From assembly GCA_964548165.1 (NCBI GenBank), contig CAZJQD010000019.1, positions 91 to 64,090 on the forward strand: 64,000 nucleotides of DNA, in the 5' to 3' direction. Source of the stretch: an uncultured bacterium (GTDB taxonomy: Bacteria > UBA8481). Position numbers and translations under genes: made by a program. Shown here piece by piece: positions 44,301 to 53,051 of this stretch. Numbering within the stretch: the first letter of the stretch is position 1; each line of letters opens with the position of its first letter. The notes below the pieces were generated by a model that saw only the letters and a list, made by a program, of their open reading frames with translations, was not told where the DNA came from and did not search any database.

Positions 44301-44374
44301 GGTGGATCGAATGCCGTTCCCAGCGCCACGCCTCCGACGAAGGCGTAGCAGAAGAGTTGCAGGCGCTGGCGCAT
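41306..44374 (-). CDS. comEC: ComEC/Rec2-family DNA internalization channel protein with a degenerate C-terminal MBL domain
   Basis: 1022 aa with a DUF4131-like N-region, a multi-TM Competence domain and a C-terminal MBL-like domain whose catalytic blocks are substituted (SVRYGQ, TNTSPEDF, PSD, PAHAS). Confidence 0.85.
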   Translation of the reverse strand: MRQRLQLFCYAFVGGVALGTAFDPPYEWVWPLYIAAVLLGLVGWGLGIAQDQGMGRIRNWMVYSGIALCAVTLGTGRFIERAYIPPFDPEAESNHIRAILEEFPDADIKQTTRIVGKIVAEPEYRPALGKPGVLALIIEPYEVEPDPGTGKIFSVSGGNVMVFLRPSQKFRTFDREWEEAFTTLTDLAAYGYIIEVEAQFQTFRSADNPGLFDAETFNTDKDVYAQASIPFWNNNNPPLKIIDDTEEGAFLTELSLNLKQQMLGVIKATVPFPESAFLAGVTLGSRRGLDGVRTMFEEAPELPAGADPDDPDAIAETPDLRQYILDQFRWSGTSHVLAVSGLHVTIIAGALWGLFSILKLPPKVFAPFIVLGLMIFVLITGAAPSSTRAGIMNSLVVLTYVYLGASFRASLLLAIGVSGLVILGQNPKWLIQPAFALSFMAVLSLGLITPPVERILKFVPGWQKMPTWIQQFIAAQFAIQLGMMGPLSAYYFCRMSIAGPLANFVAIPLIGIIVQLGIFACILGLIPYVGLYLALVLNAANYIAIWFFLWVAHISTVVMPFPFTQTMTPRMIAAYYFLLGVFVANKPIVRLARILYYDLIMGIGGARRRMQCLATLGGGFAVVSAVCVWGFWPATLDGKLHVNVLSVRYGQAIHIQTPSGAQIIVDGGPSDYRTGWNTGERTVAQYLLKQRIGRIDAVIMTNTSPEDFGGLSGIFKIFPVRRFFSVVPVWDWDTSDPDQFQSTVAHAVGADAAENDRNSDFEDAVFLLGELTDRLNQPWGIWRFLELLPLSPTSIVTDFGPPEHFLAKAGMVLWQEEGEGGKFELIALHPSPDYPLQPTNNNSLVLLVRYGKHSFLLPSDITEDGIRELLRLPEDLLASNVVVVPAHASPRVDIDLFYKTTLPEAREPRLAVMSTGWSSALKPPRAAGGGRTEKMSYRDSFLSHRQLFASDVSAGVDRLAGKLEEWGLTVARTDRHGAVLMTSDGRDELAVETMIGSLKAPGIPDEDAAGGEGADQRQREIP

Positions 44375-44565
44375 CAGAACATCTCGCCGAGGTCCTTACG
44401 CGGAGGCACGTAGGGATAGAAACCGGCCTCCTTGTTGGACTCCAGGGCGGCTTCGGGCGTATAGGCCTCACCGGTCACGAGGAAATATCCCCCCATCACG
44501 AGGAGTCCTATTCCAAAGGATATCCCGATGATCCAGGCGAGAATTTTGGCGGCGTCGTCTCTCAT
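44374..44565 (-). CDS. small membrane protein (63 aa)
   Basis: One TM (ILAWIIGISFGIGLLVMGGYFLV). The stop overlaps the comEC ATG by 1 nt (TGATG). Confidence 0.5.
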   Translation of the reverse strand: MRDDAAKILAWIIGISFGIGLLVMGGYFLVTGEAYTPEAALESNKEAGFYPYVPPRKDLGEMF

Positions 44566-44583
44566 TCGAGGACTTAGCCGATC

Positions 44584-45012
44584 TTACGCCTCGCGGGAGT
44601 GGATGGCAACTGCCGGGAAAAAGTAGGGAATTTCCTGGGCCACGGACTCCGGCGAATCCGACCCGTGGCAACTGTTCCGCTCCTTGGACTCGGCATACTC
44701 CTTGCGGATCGTGCCCGGCGCGGCCTGGGCCGGATCCGTCGCGCCCATGATCTCGCGGGCCCGGGCGATGGCGTCTTCACCTTCGAGCACGCAGGGCACG
44801 CAGGGCGCCGAGGTCATGTAGGTGCAGAGCGAGTCGAAGAAGGGGCGGCCCTTGTGCACGGCATAGAATCCCTCCGCCTGGCCGCGCGTGAGGCGCACCA
44901 TGCGGCTCGCGAGAATGCGTAGTCCCCCGTCCTCGAACTTCGTGAGGACCTTTCCGACGAGGTTGCGGAGGACGGCATCGGGCTTGACGATGATCAGCGT
45001 GCGTTCGATCAT
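44584..45012 (-). CDS. ndk: nucleoside diphosphate kinase
   Basis: AAGGAG lies 10 nt before ATG 45012. Begins [14 protein letters not shown], with the active-site His in RNSCHGSDS. Confidence 0.95.
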   Translation of the reverse strand: MIERTLIIVKPDAVLRNLVGKVLTKFEDGGLRILASRMVRLTRGQAEGFYAVHKGRPFFDSLCTYMTSAPCVPCVLEGEDAIARAREIMGATDPAQAAPGTIRKEYAESKERNSCHGSDSPESVAQEIPYFFPAVAIHSREA

Positions 45013-45064
45013 GATGAAAGGGGCTCCTTGCAGGTTGAATGATCCCGGTTCGAGGTTCCTCGAA

Positions 45065-45160
45065 ACAGCGGGGAGGGATGATAGCGAGCCGGCGGGCGGG
45101 AACAAGCGATTTCGTCATCCTCTCGCATGCGGCGCTCCCGGCATCCTTGACAATTCGCCA
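45065..45160 (+). promoter_or_regulatory. possible yybP-ykoY (Mn2+)-like leader upstream of the TerC-family gene (weak)
   Basis: GGGGAG (45070-45075) ... TAGCG (45082-45086) and CCGGCATCCTTGACA (45138-45152) recall the two conserved blocks of the motif, but the first block is interrupted by 6 nt. Helices C45089-G45098 / C45133-G45141 and GGATG 45075-45079 / CATCC 45142-45146 are possible. Confidence 0.25.
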
Positions 45161-45183
45161 TTCCGCCTCACGATCACGGCCCC

Positions 45184-46125
45184 GTGGACGCGCTTGCCCA
45201 GACTCCCCTCTCCCTCTGGATCGGCTTCACCGCGCTCTTTCTCGTGCTCATCGCGATCGACCTCGGGATCGGCCAGCGCCGCGCCCATGCGCCGTCGCTG
45301 AAGGAAGCCGGGGCGTGGTCGGCGGCCTGGATCCTGGCCGCGCTCCTCTTCAATTACGGCATCTACGTGGTCGAAGGACCCGCCAAGGCCCTGGAGTTCC
45401 TGACGGGCTACCTCATCGAGAAATCCCTCTCCGTCGACAACCTCTTCGTCTTCATCATGCTCTTCACGTTCTTCGGGGTCGAGAGGGATGTCCAGCCGAG
45501 GCTCCTGAAGTGGGGCATCGTCGGCGCCGTGGTGCTCCGAGCCATCTTCGTCGCCGTCGGCGCCGCGCTCCTGCACGAGTTCCACTGGATGATCTACGTC
45601 TTCGGCCTCTTCCTCGTCTTCACCGGGTTCAAGATGATGGCGCACGACGAGGAAGAGCAGGTTCACCCCGAGCGGAATCCGCTCGTTCGGCTGACCTGCA
45701 GGCTCCTGCCGGTCCATTCGTCCTTCGATGGACCGCACTTCTTCACGCGCGTGAACGGAAAATTGATGGCCACACCGCTCCTGGTGGCTCTGGTGGCCGT
45801 CGAGAGCACGGACGTCATCTTCGCCCTGGACTCGATCCCGGCCATCTTCGGGATCACGAGCGATCCGTTCATCGTCTATACCTCCAACATCTTTGCCATC
45901 ATGGGCCTGCGCGCGCTCTACTTTCTCCTGGCCGGCGTCATGGGCATGTTCCGGTTCCTCAAGACCGGCGTGGCGCTCGTGCTCATCTTCGTCGGAGTCA
46001 AGATGACGATCGAGGGTTGGTTTCCCATCGGCATCGGCTGGTCGCTGGGCGTGGTGGTCGCAATCCTGGGCCTCTCCGTCGCGGCCTCGGCCCTGATCCC
46101 GGCCAAGACCTCGCCCCCATCCTAG
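45184..46125 (+). CDS. TerC/Alx-family integral membrane protein
   Basis: GYLIEKSLSVDNLFVFIMLF and a second DS(I/V)PA repeat (FALDSIPAIFGIT). GTG start. Confidence 0.9.
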   Translation: MDALAQTPLSLWIGFTALFLVLIAIDLGIGQRRAHAPSLKEAGAWSAAWILAALLFNYGIYVVEGPAKALEFLTGYLIEKSLSVDNLFVFIMLFTFFGVERDVQPRLLKWGIVGAVVLRAIFVAVGAALLHEFHWMIYVFGLFLVFTGFKMMAHDEEEQVHPERNPLVRLTCRLLPVHSSFDGPHFFTRVNGKLMATPLLVALVAVESTDVIFALDSIPAIFGITSDPFIVYTSNIFAIMGLRALYFLLAGVMGMFRFLKTGVALVLIFVGVKMTIEGWFPIGIGWSLGVVVAILGLSVAASALIPAKTSPPS

Positions 46126-46280
46126 CGACACCCTCCTCCAGGTTCAGTTTTCCTGAAGGCCCGTCAGGCGCCGACCGCGCGCGGCCAGGGGTCGCGCAAA
46201 CCTATTCAAAACCCTCCATTCGCGGGCGTTAGCCACCTTTCCCCTTCAGACGCGGGGGCCTCAGGCCGATAGAGTTCCCG

Positions 46281-48893
46281 ATGGCCAGAGACAACGCAGC
46301 CCGCGAGTTCGAGACCGAACGCGTGGTTCCTATCGAAAAGAGAAAGAAGAGCAGGGATACGGGCAACGAGGGTGGCGGTTCCCGGTTCCTGACCACGGAC
46401 GAACGACGTGAGGCCCTTGGCTTCGTCCTCGTGGCCGCGGCCGTCATTCTCTTCCTTTCGCTCGTCCTGAATTCCTCCGAACTCCGGGGCGTCGCCTCCT
46501 CCGAGACACCGGCGGCGGCGGGGCGATTCGGGCGCTGGATTGCGACGCAGGTCGGCATCATGTTCGGGTTCGGCGGCCTGGTGATCCCGCTCTCCCTGGG
46601 CGCCTGGGGCCTGGCCATCTTCCAGAACCGCCCGCAGAAGGCCATCTTCGCCAAGGGGCTGGCGCTCGCCGTGGGCCTCGTTGCCGTCTGCGCCGGGCTC
46701 GGACTCGTCTGGGAACGCGGGTACCTCGGCGGCGCCCTCGGTGACCGCCTCGCGGCCGACCTCTTCCAGACCTTCGGCTTCGTCTCCTACATTGTCGTCT
46801 TCTTCACGCTCGCCGTTTCGCTCGTCATCGGCACACCGCTCTCCTTCAGCGCCCTCGGAGCACTGATTGCCGCCGGCGCCGTGAAGGCCTGGACGTTCGG
46901 GGTCGCGCTCGAGCAGAAGCTGGCCGCGCGCCTGAGGGCCAGCCGCGGGGCTCAGCCGGCGGAAGCCGCGGCACCGGCACCAGCGGCCCGCGCCGCCAGG
47001 CCCGCCGCCGTTGCACCCGTTCCTGCCGGCATCGACCCGGAAACCGGCGAGCTCCAGCAGGGACGCGAGTACTACGACAACGCGGAGACTCGGGTCGTCT
47101 CCACGCCACTACTCACGCTGATCGGCGGAAAGAACAAGAAGAAGAAGGACGAGGAAGCTGCGGAGAAGCCGGCCACGGTCGGCGACGCGCCGGCCCAGGC
47201 CCCGACGGGCAAAGCGTCAGAGAAGCCAGCGGCTGCGCCCGTATCGCCGGCTATCCCTTCACCGTCCGGCACCTCGCCGGAAGAACTCGGCTCAGACCCC
47301 GCCGTCTCGACGAAGGACTTCGGCGCGATCGAGAAGACGGCGCCGACCAAGCCTGTCCAGCCGTCCGTAAAGTACACGCCGCTCGACCAGTACACGTTGC
47401 CCCCGATCAGCGTCCTGGCCAATCCGATCCCGTCGACGGAGACGGTCACGGAGGAAGACCTGAAAAGGAAGGCCCAGAGCCTGCAGGACACCCTGGCCGA
47501 CCACGGCATCAACTGCAAGATCGGCGACATCGTCCCGGGCCCGACGGTGACGCGGTTCGAGGTCGTGCCCGCTCCCGGTGTGAAGGTCTCTTCGATCCAG
47601 TCCCGGGCCGATGACATCTCGCTGGCGATGGCCGCTCCCTCCATCCGCATCGAGGCGCCGATCCCGGGCAAGTCCGCGGTCGGCATCGAGATCCCGAATC
47701 GCAAGGGACACATGGTGACCCTGAAGGAAGTGATCGCCTCGGACGAATTCCGCAAGCTCCGCGAGACCTCGCCGCTGACCGTGGCCCTGGGCCAGGACAT
47801 TGCCGGACAGCCCGTCGTCGTCGATCTCCGCAAGATGCCCCACCTTCTCATCGCGGGTTCGACCGGATCCGGCAAGTCCGTCTGCCTCAACTCGATCATC
47901 AATTCGATCCTCCTCTCGGCCAAGCCCACCGAGGTGCGACTCATGATGGTGGACCCGAAGGTCGTGGAGTTGAAGAGCTACGACGATGTGCCGCACCTCC
48001 TCTCCCCCGTCGTGACGGATGCCCGCAAGGCCCCGCGCGTCCTGCAGTGGCTGGTCGAGGAGATGGAGCGTCGCTACCAGTACCTGGCGCGTGCCGGCGT
48101 TCGCGACATCGAGGGCTTCAACAACATCGCGATCGATCCCGTCCCGGTCTCCGACACCCCCGACGACTTCCTCGACTTCGAGGACGAGCTCCCGTCCGCG
48201 GCCGACCTCCCGGAGAAGATGCCGTTCATCCTCGCCATCATCGATGAGTTCGGCGACCTGATGGTCATCGCGAAGAAGGAGTGCGAGGACTACATCATGC
48301 GGATCGTGCAGATGGCGCGCGCCGTCGGCATTCACCTCATCATCGCCACCCAGCGCCCGTCGGTGAACGTCATCACGGGCGTCATCAAGGCCAACATGCC
48401 TTCGCGTCTCTCGTTCCAGGTCTCCTCGAAGGTCGACTCCATGACCATCCTCGACACGATGGGCGCGGAGCGCCTGCTCGGGCGAGGCGACATGCTCTTC
48501 AAGCCCGGGGACAAGCCCAAGCCCATGCGCCTGCAGGGCGTCTTCATCGGCACACCCGAGATCAACGACGTCATCAAGCATTATGCCCAGCAAGGCCCGG
48601 CGAAGCGCGAGGTCGTGCTGACCGTCGACGAGGGCGCGGCGATGAACAACGCCCTCGCGGGCGAGGACGATCCCCTGCTCGAGCAGGCCATGCGCATCGC
48701 CCTGGCGGACGGCATGGCCAGCGTCTCGCGCCTGCAGAGAAAGCTCCAGGTCGGCCATCCCCGCGCCTCGCGACTCGTCGACATCATGGAAGCCAAGGGG
48801 CTCGTGACGCCCCCGGACGGTTCCAAGCCCCGCAAGCTCCTCTTCGACGCCTCCTACTTCGGAAACGGCGACGGCGGTGCGGCGGAGGGCTGA
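46281..48893 (+). CDS. ftsK: DNA translocase FtsK
   Basis: N-terminal TMs, an Ala/Pro-rich linker, the motor domain with Walker A LIAGSTGSGKSV, and a C-terminal gamma winged-helix domain (VSRLQRKLQVGHPRASRLVDIMEAKGLV). Confidence 0.95.
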   Translation: MARDNAAREFETERVVPIEKRKKSRDTGNEGGGSRFLTTDERREALGFVLVAAAVILFLSLVLNSSELRGVASSETPAAAGRFGRWIATQVGIMFGFGGLVIPLSLGAWGLAIFQNRPQKAIFAKGLALAVGLVAVCAGLGLVWERGYLGGALGDRLAADLFQTFGFVSYIVVFFTLAVSLVIGTPLSFSALGALIAAGAVKAWTFGVALEQKLAARLRASRGAQPAEAAAPAPAARAARPAAVAPVPAGIDPETGELQQGREYYDNAETRVVSTPLLTLIGGKNKKKKDEEAAEKPATVGDAPAQAPTGKASEKPAAAPVSPAIPSPSGTSPEELGSDPAVSTKDFGAIEKTAPTKPVQPSVKYTPLDQYTLPPISVLANPIPSTETVTEEDLKRKAQSLQDTLADHGINCKIGDIVPGPTVTRFEVVPAPGVKVSSIQSRADDISLAMAAPSIRIEAPIPGKSAVGIEIPNRKGHMVTLKEVIASDEFRKLRETSPLTVALGQDIAGQPVVVDLRKMPHLLIAGSTGSGKSVCLNSIINSILLSAKPTEVRLMMVDPKVVELKSYDDVPHLLSPVVTDARKAPRVLQWLVEEMERRYQYLARAGVRDIEGFNNIAIDPVPVSDTPDDFLDFEDELPSAADLPEKMPFILAIIDEFGDLMVIAKKECEDYIMRIVQMARAVGIHLIIATQRPSVNVITGVIKANMPSRLSFQVSSKVDSMTILDTMGAERLLGRGDMLFKPGDKPKPMRLQGVFIGTPEINDVIKHYAQQGPAKREVVLTVDEGAAMNNALAGEDDPLLEQAMRIALADGMASVSRLQRKLQVGHPRASRLVDIMEAKGLVTPPDGSKPRKLLFDASYFGNGDGGAAEG

Positions 48894-48920
48894 GGGATCG
48901 CGTAGAGTCCCAGTCATCGC

Positions 48921-50540
48921 ATGAACATCCTCGCGCGAGCCGTGCACTCGGTCGTCCTCGTCCTGGGGCTCGTCGTGGCGTCATCCTCCGAGGCCCGGGG
49001 CGCCCACGCCTCCTACGCCCTGGCCCTGCTCGGCGCCTTCCACCTCTTTCTCCTCTGGCGGACGCGTCACGAAGGGAGCTGGGTGGGAACGCTGATCTAT
49101 GGGGCGCTTGCCGCGAGCTGGTTCCTGCCGTTCCTGCCGGGCTCGGGATCCGCCTATCCTCCGACCCGATTCCTCGTCATCCTCGGCTCCGCGGCGCACC
49201 TGGCCCACGGGGAGTGGGGGACCGCGATCCAGAAGCCGTGGGCGGCCGGCCTCTTCGTGGCCGCCTGGATGGGGCTCATCGCCTGGCGCGTGCACAACCT
49301 CGTCGATTCTCTCACCTACGGGTACGACCTGGCGCACGTGCAGAACCTCGTGGCCAACACCCTGGACGGGCGATTTCTCTGGAGCGACTACACGAACGGC
49401 TCGATCCTGTCCCACCACTTGTACCTCTCTCTCGTCCTCCTGGCCCCGCTCTACGCCTGGATCCCTCACCCCTTGACGCTGCAGATGGCGCAGGTGGTCC
49501 TGATGGGCGTCTCCACGGGCCTGGTGGCAAGCGCCTCGTCGCGGAAATTCGGGAGCGGGACCGCCCTGCCGGTGCTCCTCGTGTTCCTCTGCCATCCCGC
49601 CTTCGCCGGGCAAGCCCTGCACGAGTTCGACCCGGGCGTGATCGGGCTCTTCGGGACCAGCGTCGCCCTCTGGGGATGGGCTCGTGACTCGCGGTGGGCG
49701 TTCTGGATCGGGGTCCTCACCGCGCTGGGATCCAAGGAGCACTTTGCCGTCGCGGGGGTCATTGCCGGTTTCATCCTGGTCTGGATGCCGGCGCATCGGC
49801 GCACGGGACTCCTGCTGATGGCGATCTCCGTCGCGGTCGGCGCCGCGTTCGGCGCCTATGCGTACACGAGCGAGGCGCTGTTCAGCCTGAAGTCGCAGCT
49901 TTCGCTCCGCTTCGGCGACGGACCGCTGGAACCCGTGCGCCTGACGGCCAGCCGCGTGGGATACGCGATCCACCTCCTGGCGCCGACGGGTGGCGTGGCC
50001 CTTCTCGGCTTCATCGCCTTTCTGCCGGCCCTGCCTGAACCGCTACTCAACGTGCTGTCGCGTTTCCCGATGCATTCCCTCAGCACGCATTACCACGTGC
50101 TGACACTCCCGTTCCTCGCGTGGGCCACGGGCGCGGGCCTGGCGCGGCTCGACGCGTGGCGGCCGTCGTGGACGGCGGGTGCGGCGCGATTCGCGGTGGG
50201 AACCGCGATGCTGGCGGCCGTCTTCAGCCAGATCGGTCCCATCGCCCAGAGCCTGGCCTTCTACGATGTCATCCGGTCTCCGCGGAGTGAATACGAGGAA
50301 TGGAGAACGTTCATCGCGGACCTTCCCGAGGGTGACATCGCCGTCAAGGGGAGCTTTCGCCTGCTGACGCTCATCGCCGACCGTCGCCCGGTGCGACCGC
50401 TCGTCTATGCCGATCTCAGCGCCGAGATCGCCAAGCGGCCGCTGCTCATCCTGGACGGTGCGGAGGAGCCCGCGCCCGCCGGTTCCACCCTGATCGCCGA
50501 GAAGGGCGAGGTAAGGGTCTACCGGGTCCCGGGATCCTAG
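48921..50540 (+). CDS. DUF2079-family polytopic membrane protein
   Basis: Contains YGYDLAHVQNLVANTLDGRFLWS...SHHLYLSLVLLAPLY, characteristic of DUF2079, and is multi-TM throughout. Confidence 0.75.
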   Translation: MNILARAVHSVVLVLGLVVASSSEARGAHASYALALLGAFHLFLLWRTRHEGSWVGTLIYGALAASWFLPFLPGSGSAYPPTRFLVILGSAAHLAHGEWGTAIQKPWAAGLFVAAWMGLIAWRVHNLVDSLTYGYDLAHVQNLVANTLDGRFLWSDYTNGSILSHHLYLSLVLLAPLYAWIPHPLTLQMAQVVLMGVSTGLVASASSRKFGSGTALPVLLVFLCHPAFAGQALHEFDPGVIGLFGTSVALWGWARDSRWAFWIGVLTALGSKEHFAVAGVIAGFILVWMPAHRRTGLLLMAISVAVGAAFGAYAYTSEALFSLKSQLSLRFGDGPLEPVRLTASRVGYAIHLLAPTGGVALLGFIAFLPALPEPLLNVLSRFPMHSLSTHYHVLTLPFLAWATGAGLARLDAWRPSWTAGAARFAVGTAMLAAVFSQIGPIAQSLAFYDVIRSPRSEYEEWRTFIADLPEGDIAVKGSFRLLTLIADRRPVRPLVYADLSAEIAKRPLLILDGAEEPAPAGSTLIAEKGEVRVYRVPGS

Positions 50541-50574
50541 GCGGGACGCGCCGGCAGTTCCCGCGGTGCCGGAG

Positions 50575-51825
50575 CTATCCGGCGGTAGCGTCGCCGATCC
50601 CGAAACTCGCGGCCTGGGCGCCCGCCGGGCGGGGCTTCAAGGGCGGGTAGAAGGGCGGGTCGTGGTCCTCGTAGGTCTCGAGGATGTCGTAGAGCGTGTT
50701 GCGCCGGGCGGGGACACGACCGATGCCGCGAATGAATTTCACGAACTCCAGCGGTGTGATCTCCTCGCCGAACGGAGCACCGCTCGATCGTGAGATCGTC
50801 TCCTCCATCAGGGTCCCGCCAAAGTCGTTGGCGCCGTGCTTGAGCACGTACTGGGCGAGGCGCGGGCCGAGCTTGACCCAGGAGACCTGGATGTTGGGGA
50901 TGGTGGCGTCGAGCATGAGCCGGGCGATGGCATGGACCTTGAGATGCTCGTCGCGCGTGGGGCCCGGCCGCGCCTTGCCGTCCAGGAAGAGCGGGGCATC
51001 CCAGTGGATGAAGCCGAGCGGCACGAACTCCGTGAAGCCGCCCGTGTCCTTCTGCAGGGAACGCAAGCGGTCCATGTGCATCACCCAGTGCCGCGGCTCG
51101 TCGACGTGACCGTACATCATCGTCGACGTGGAACGGATCCCGAGCTCGTGGGCGGTCCGGACGATCTCGAGCCATTCCTCCGCCTTCAGCTTGTTGCCGG
51201 AGATCACGCCGCGCACATCGCTGTCGAGGATCTCCGCGGCCGTCCCCGGGATGGTCCCGAGGCCGTGTTCCTTGAGCATCTGCAGGAAGTCGCGGTACGA
51301 GAGCCGGCACTTGCCGGCCCCGAACTTGATCTCGAACGGGGAGAAGGCGTGGATGTGCATCGCCGGCACGCGCTCCTTGATGGCCACGACGAGATCGCGA
51401 TAGTGGGTGCCCGGCATGCGCGGATGCAGGCCGCCCTGCAGGCAGACCTCCGTGGCTCCGCGCCCGGCGGCCTCCTCCGTGCGATCCGCGATCTCGGAGA
51501 GCGGGAGAAACTCGGCCTCGCGATGCCCCTCGGGCCGCGCGAACCCGCAGAAGCGACACCCCGTGTAGCAGATGTTGGTGAAGTTGATGTTGCGGACGAC
51601 AACGAAGGTGACGCGTTCCCCGTTGCGACGGCGACGGAGCTCGTCCGCCGCATCGAGCACGGCCTGGAAGTCGGTGCCGGAGGTCGCGAAGAGCTCGAGC
51701 GCGTCCTCGGGTGCGAGTTCGCCGCCTTCAAGGACGGGCCCGAGGATCCGCGCCGTAGCCGCCTGGCACCGCGAGAGCGTCACCTCCAGCGCGTCGGTCG
51801 GCGACGTCGGAAACTGAGCGGTCAT
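50575..51825 (-). CDS. cofH: FO synthase subunit 2 (radical SAM)
   Basis: CxxxCxxC in NICYTGCRFCGF. Full-length CofH/MqnC-like layout. The ATG overlaps the cofG stop (ATGA at 51822-51825). The CofH call rather than MqnC/E rests mainly on pairing with cofG. Confidence 0.8.
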   Translation of the reverse strand: MTAQFPTSPTDALEVTLSRCQAATARILGPVLEGGELAPEDALELFATSGTDFQAVLDAADELRRRRNGERVTFVVVRNINFTNICYTGCRFCGFARPEGHREAEFLPLSEIADRTEEAAGRGATEVCLQGGLHPRMPGTHYRDLVVAIKERVPAMHIHAFSPFEIKFGAGKCRLSYRDFLQMLKEHGLGTIPGTAAEILDSDVRGVISGNKLKAEEWLEIVRTAHELGIRSTSTMMYGHVDEPRHWVMHMDRLRSLQKDTGGFTEFVPLGFIHWDAPLFLDGKARPGPTRDEHLKVHAIARLMLDATIPNIQVSWVKLGPRLAQYVLKHGANDFGGTLMEETISRSSGAPFGEEITPLEFVKFIRGIGRVPARRNTLYDILETYEDHDPPFYPPLKPRPAGAQAASFGIGDATAG

Positions 51826-53036
51826 CGTGCCGCCTGGATGCAACACATGCCGTCCGCATCCCTGTGCGCTTCGAGCCGCATGCGTACGATCGGCGATGCG
51901 CGCCGCGACGCCTCCTCGAGATGTCGCGGGTACACGGTCAGTCGCTCGCGGAGCGTGAAGCCGGCCTTCGCGCACGCGTCGGCCAGGACGGCAATCCGGG
52001 GCCACGCGCACTCGGGGTTGATGAAATCGATGGTCAGCGGGGAGATCCCGCCCCAGTCGTTGATGCCGGCATCGAGGTAGCGCAGGGGATCGGGCGCGAG
52101 GTTCGGAGGCGCCTGGAGGCTGATCTCGGGCGGCAACAGGAGACGGGCCGCCGCCAGCGTGCGGCACATGTCATCCAGGTCGGGCTCGGGATGCCGCTCC
52201 ATGAGGATTCCCGGCTTCGCGCGGAAGTTCTGGACGATCACTTCCTGCACCGTGCCCCAGCGCGCATGGATGGCCGCGATCGCGTCCAGGGTCTCCAGAC
52301 GCTCCTCCCAGGTCTCGCCGATGCCGATGAGAAGCCCCGTCGTGAAGGGGATCCCTGCCTGGCCCGCGGCTTCCAGCGTGGCGAGGCGCCGAGCGGGATG
52401 CTTGTCGGGGCATCGGTAATGCGGCATGCCCGCCGCCATCATCCGCTCGGATACCGTCTCGAGCATGAGCCCCATCGAACCGCAATACGGAGCCAGGCTC
52501 TGGAGTTCCCGGGAGGAGAGCGTCCCCGGGTTGGCGTGCGGAACCAGCGGCGTCTCCTCCACGACGAGCCGGCACATGGCGGCCAGGTAGTCGAGCGTGG
52601 ACTCGTAGCCGAGACGTCGCAGGGCGACGCGCGCCTCGGGCCACCGCAGCTCCGGTCGCTCTCCCAGCGAGAAGAGCGCCTCCTTGCACCCCAGGTCCGC
52701 GCCCGCCCGGGCGACCCGGAGAACGTCCTCGGGCTCCATGTAGCCCGCTCCCGGCGAGCCGGGATTCCTGGCGAACGTGCAGTATCCGCAGGTATCCCGA
52801 CAGAGGTTGGTCAGGGGGAGGAACACCTTGCGCGAATACGTGACAACGTGGCCCCAGTGCGCGTCGCGCACCGCCACCGCTCGGGCACAGAGTTCCGCGA
52901 GAACCTCGCCACGAACATCGCCGGCAAGCGACAGGTGCTCGCGAGCTCCGGACCCTCTGCCAGCAAGGCCCGGCTCCGGACCGGAGCCCGTCACCGGGTC
53001 AGTTCTCCCGGGGTCCCCGGCAGGCGGAACACCCAT
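51822..53036 (-). CDS. cofG: FO synthase subunit 1 (radical SAM)
   Basis: VTYSRKVFLPLTNLCRDTCGYCTFAR matches the CofG signature. Confidence 0.82.
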   Translation of the reverse strand: MGVPPAGDPGRTDPVTGSGPEPGLAGRGSGAREHLSLAGDVRGEVLAELCARAVAVRDAHWGHVVTYSRKVFLPLTNLCRDTCGYCTFARNPGSPGAGYMEPEDVLRVARAGADLGCKEALFSLGERPELRWPEARVALRRLGYESTLDYLAAMCRLVVEETPLVPHANPGTLSSRELQSLAPYCGSMGLMLETVSERMMAAGMPHYRCPDKHPARRLATLEAAGQAGIPFTTGLLIGIGETWEERLETLDAIAAIHARWGTVQEVIVQNFRAKPGILMERHPEPDLDDMCRTLAAARLLLPPEISLQAPPNLAPDPLRYLDAGINDWGGISPLTIDFINPECAWPRIAVLADACAKAGFTLRERLTVYPRHLEEASRRASPIVRMRLEAHRDADGMCCIQAAR

Positions 53037-53051
53037 GCCCCGAGGGGCCCA

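Noticed and set aside
45147-45152. TTGACA upstream of the TerC-family gene as a plain sigma-70 -35 box
   Set aside because: No credible -10 hexamer lies 16-18 nt downstream (ACGATC), and the start codon is only 32 nt away. It is kept only as part of the weak riboswitch hypothesis.
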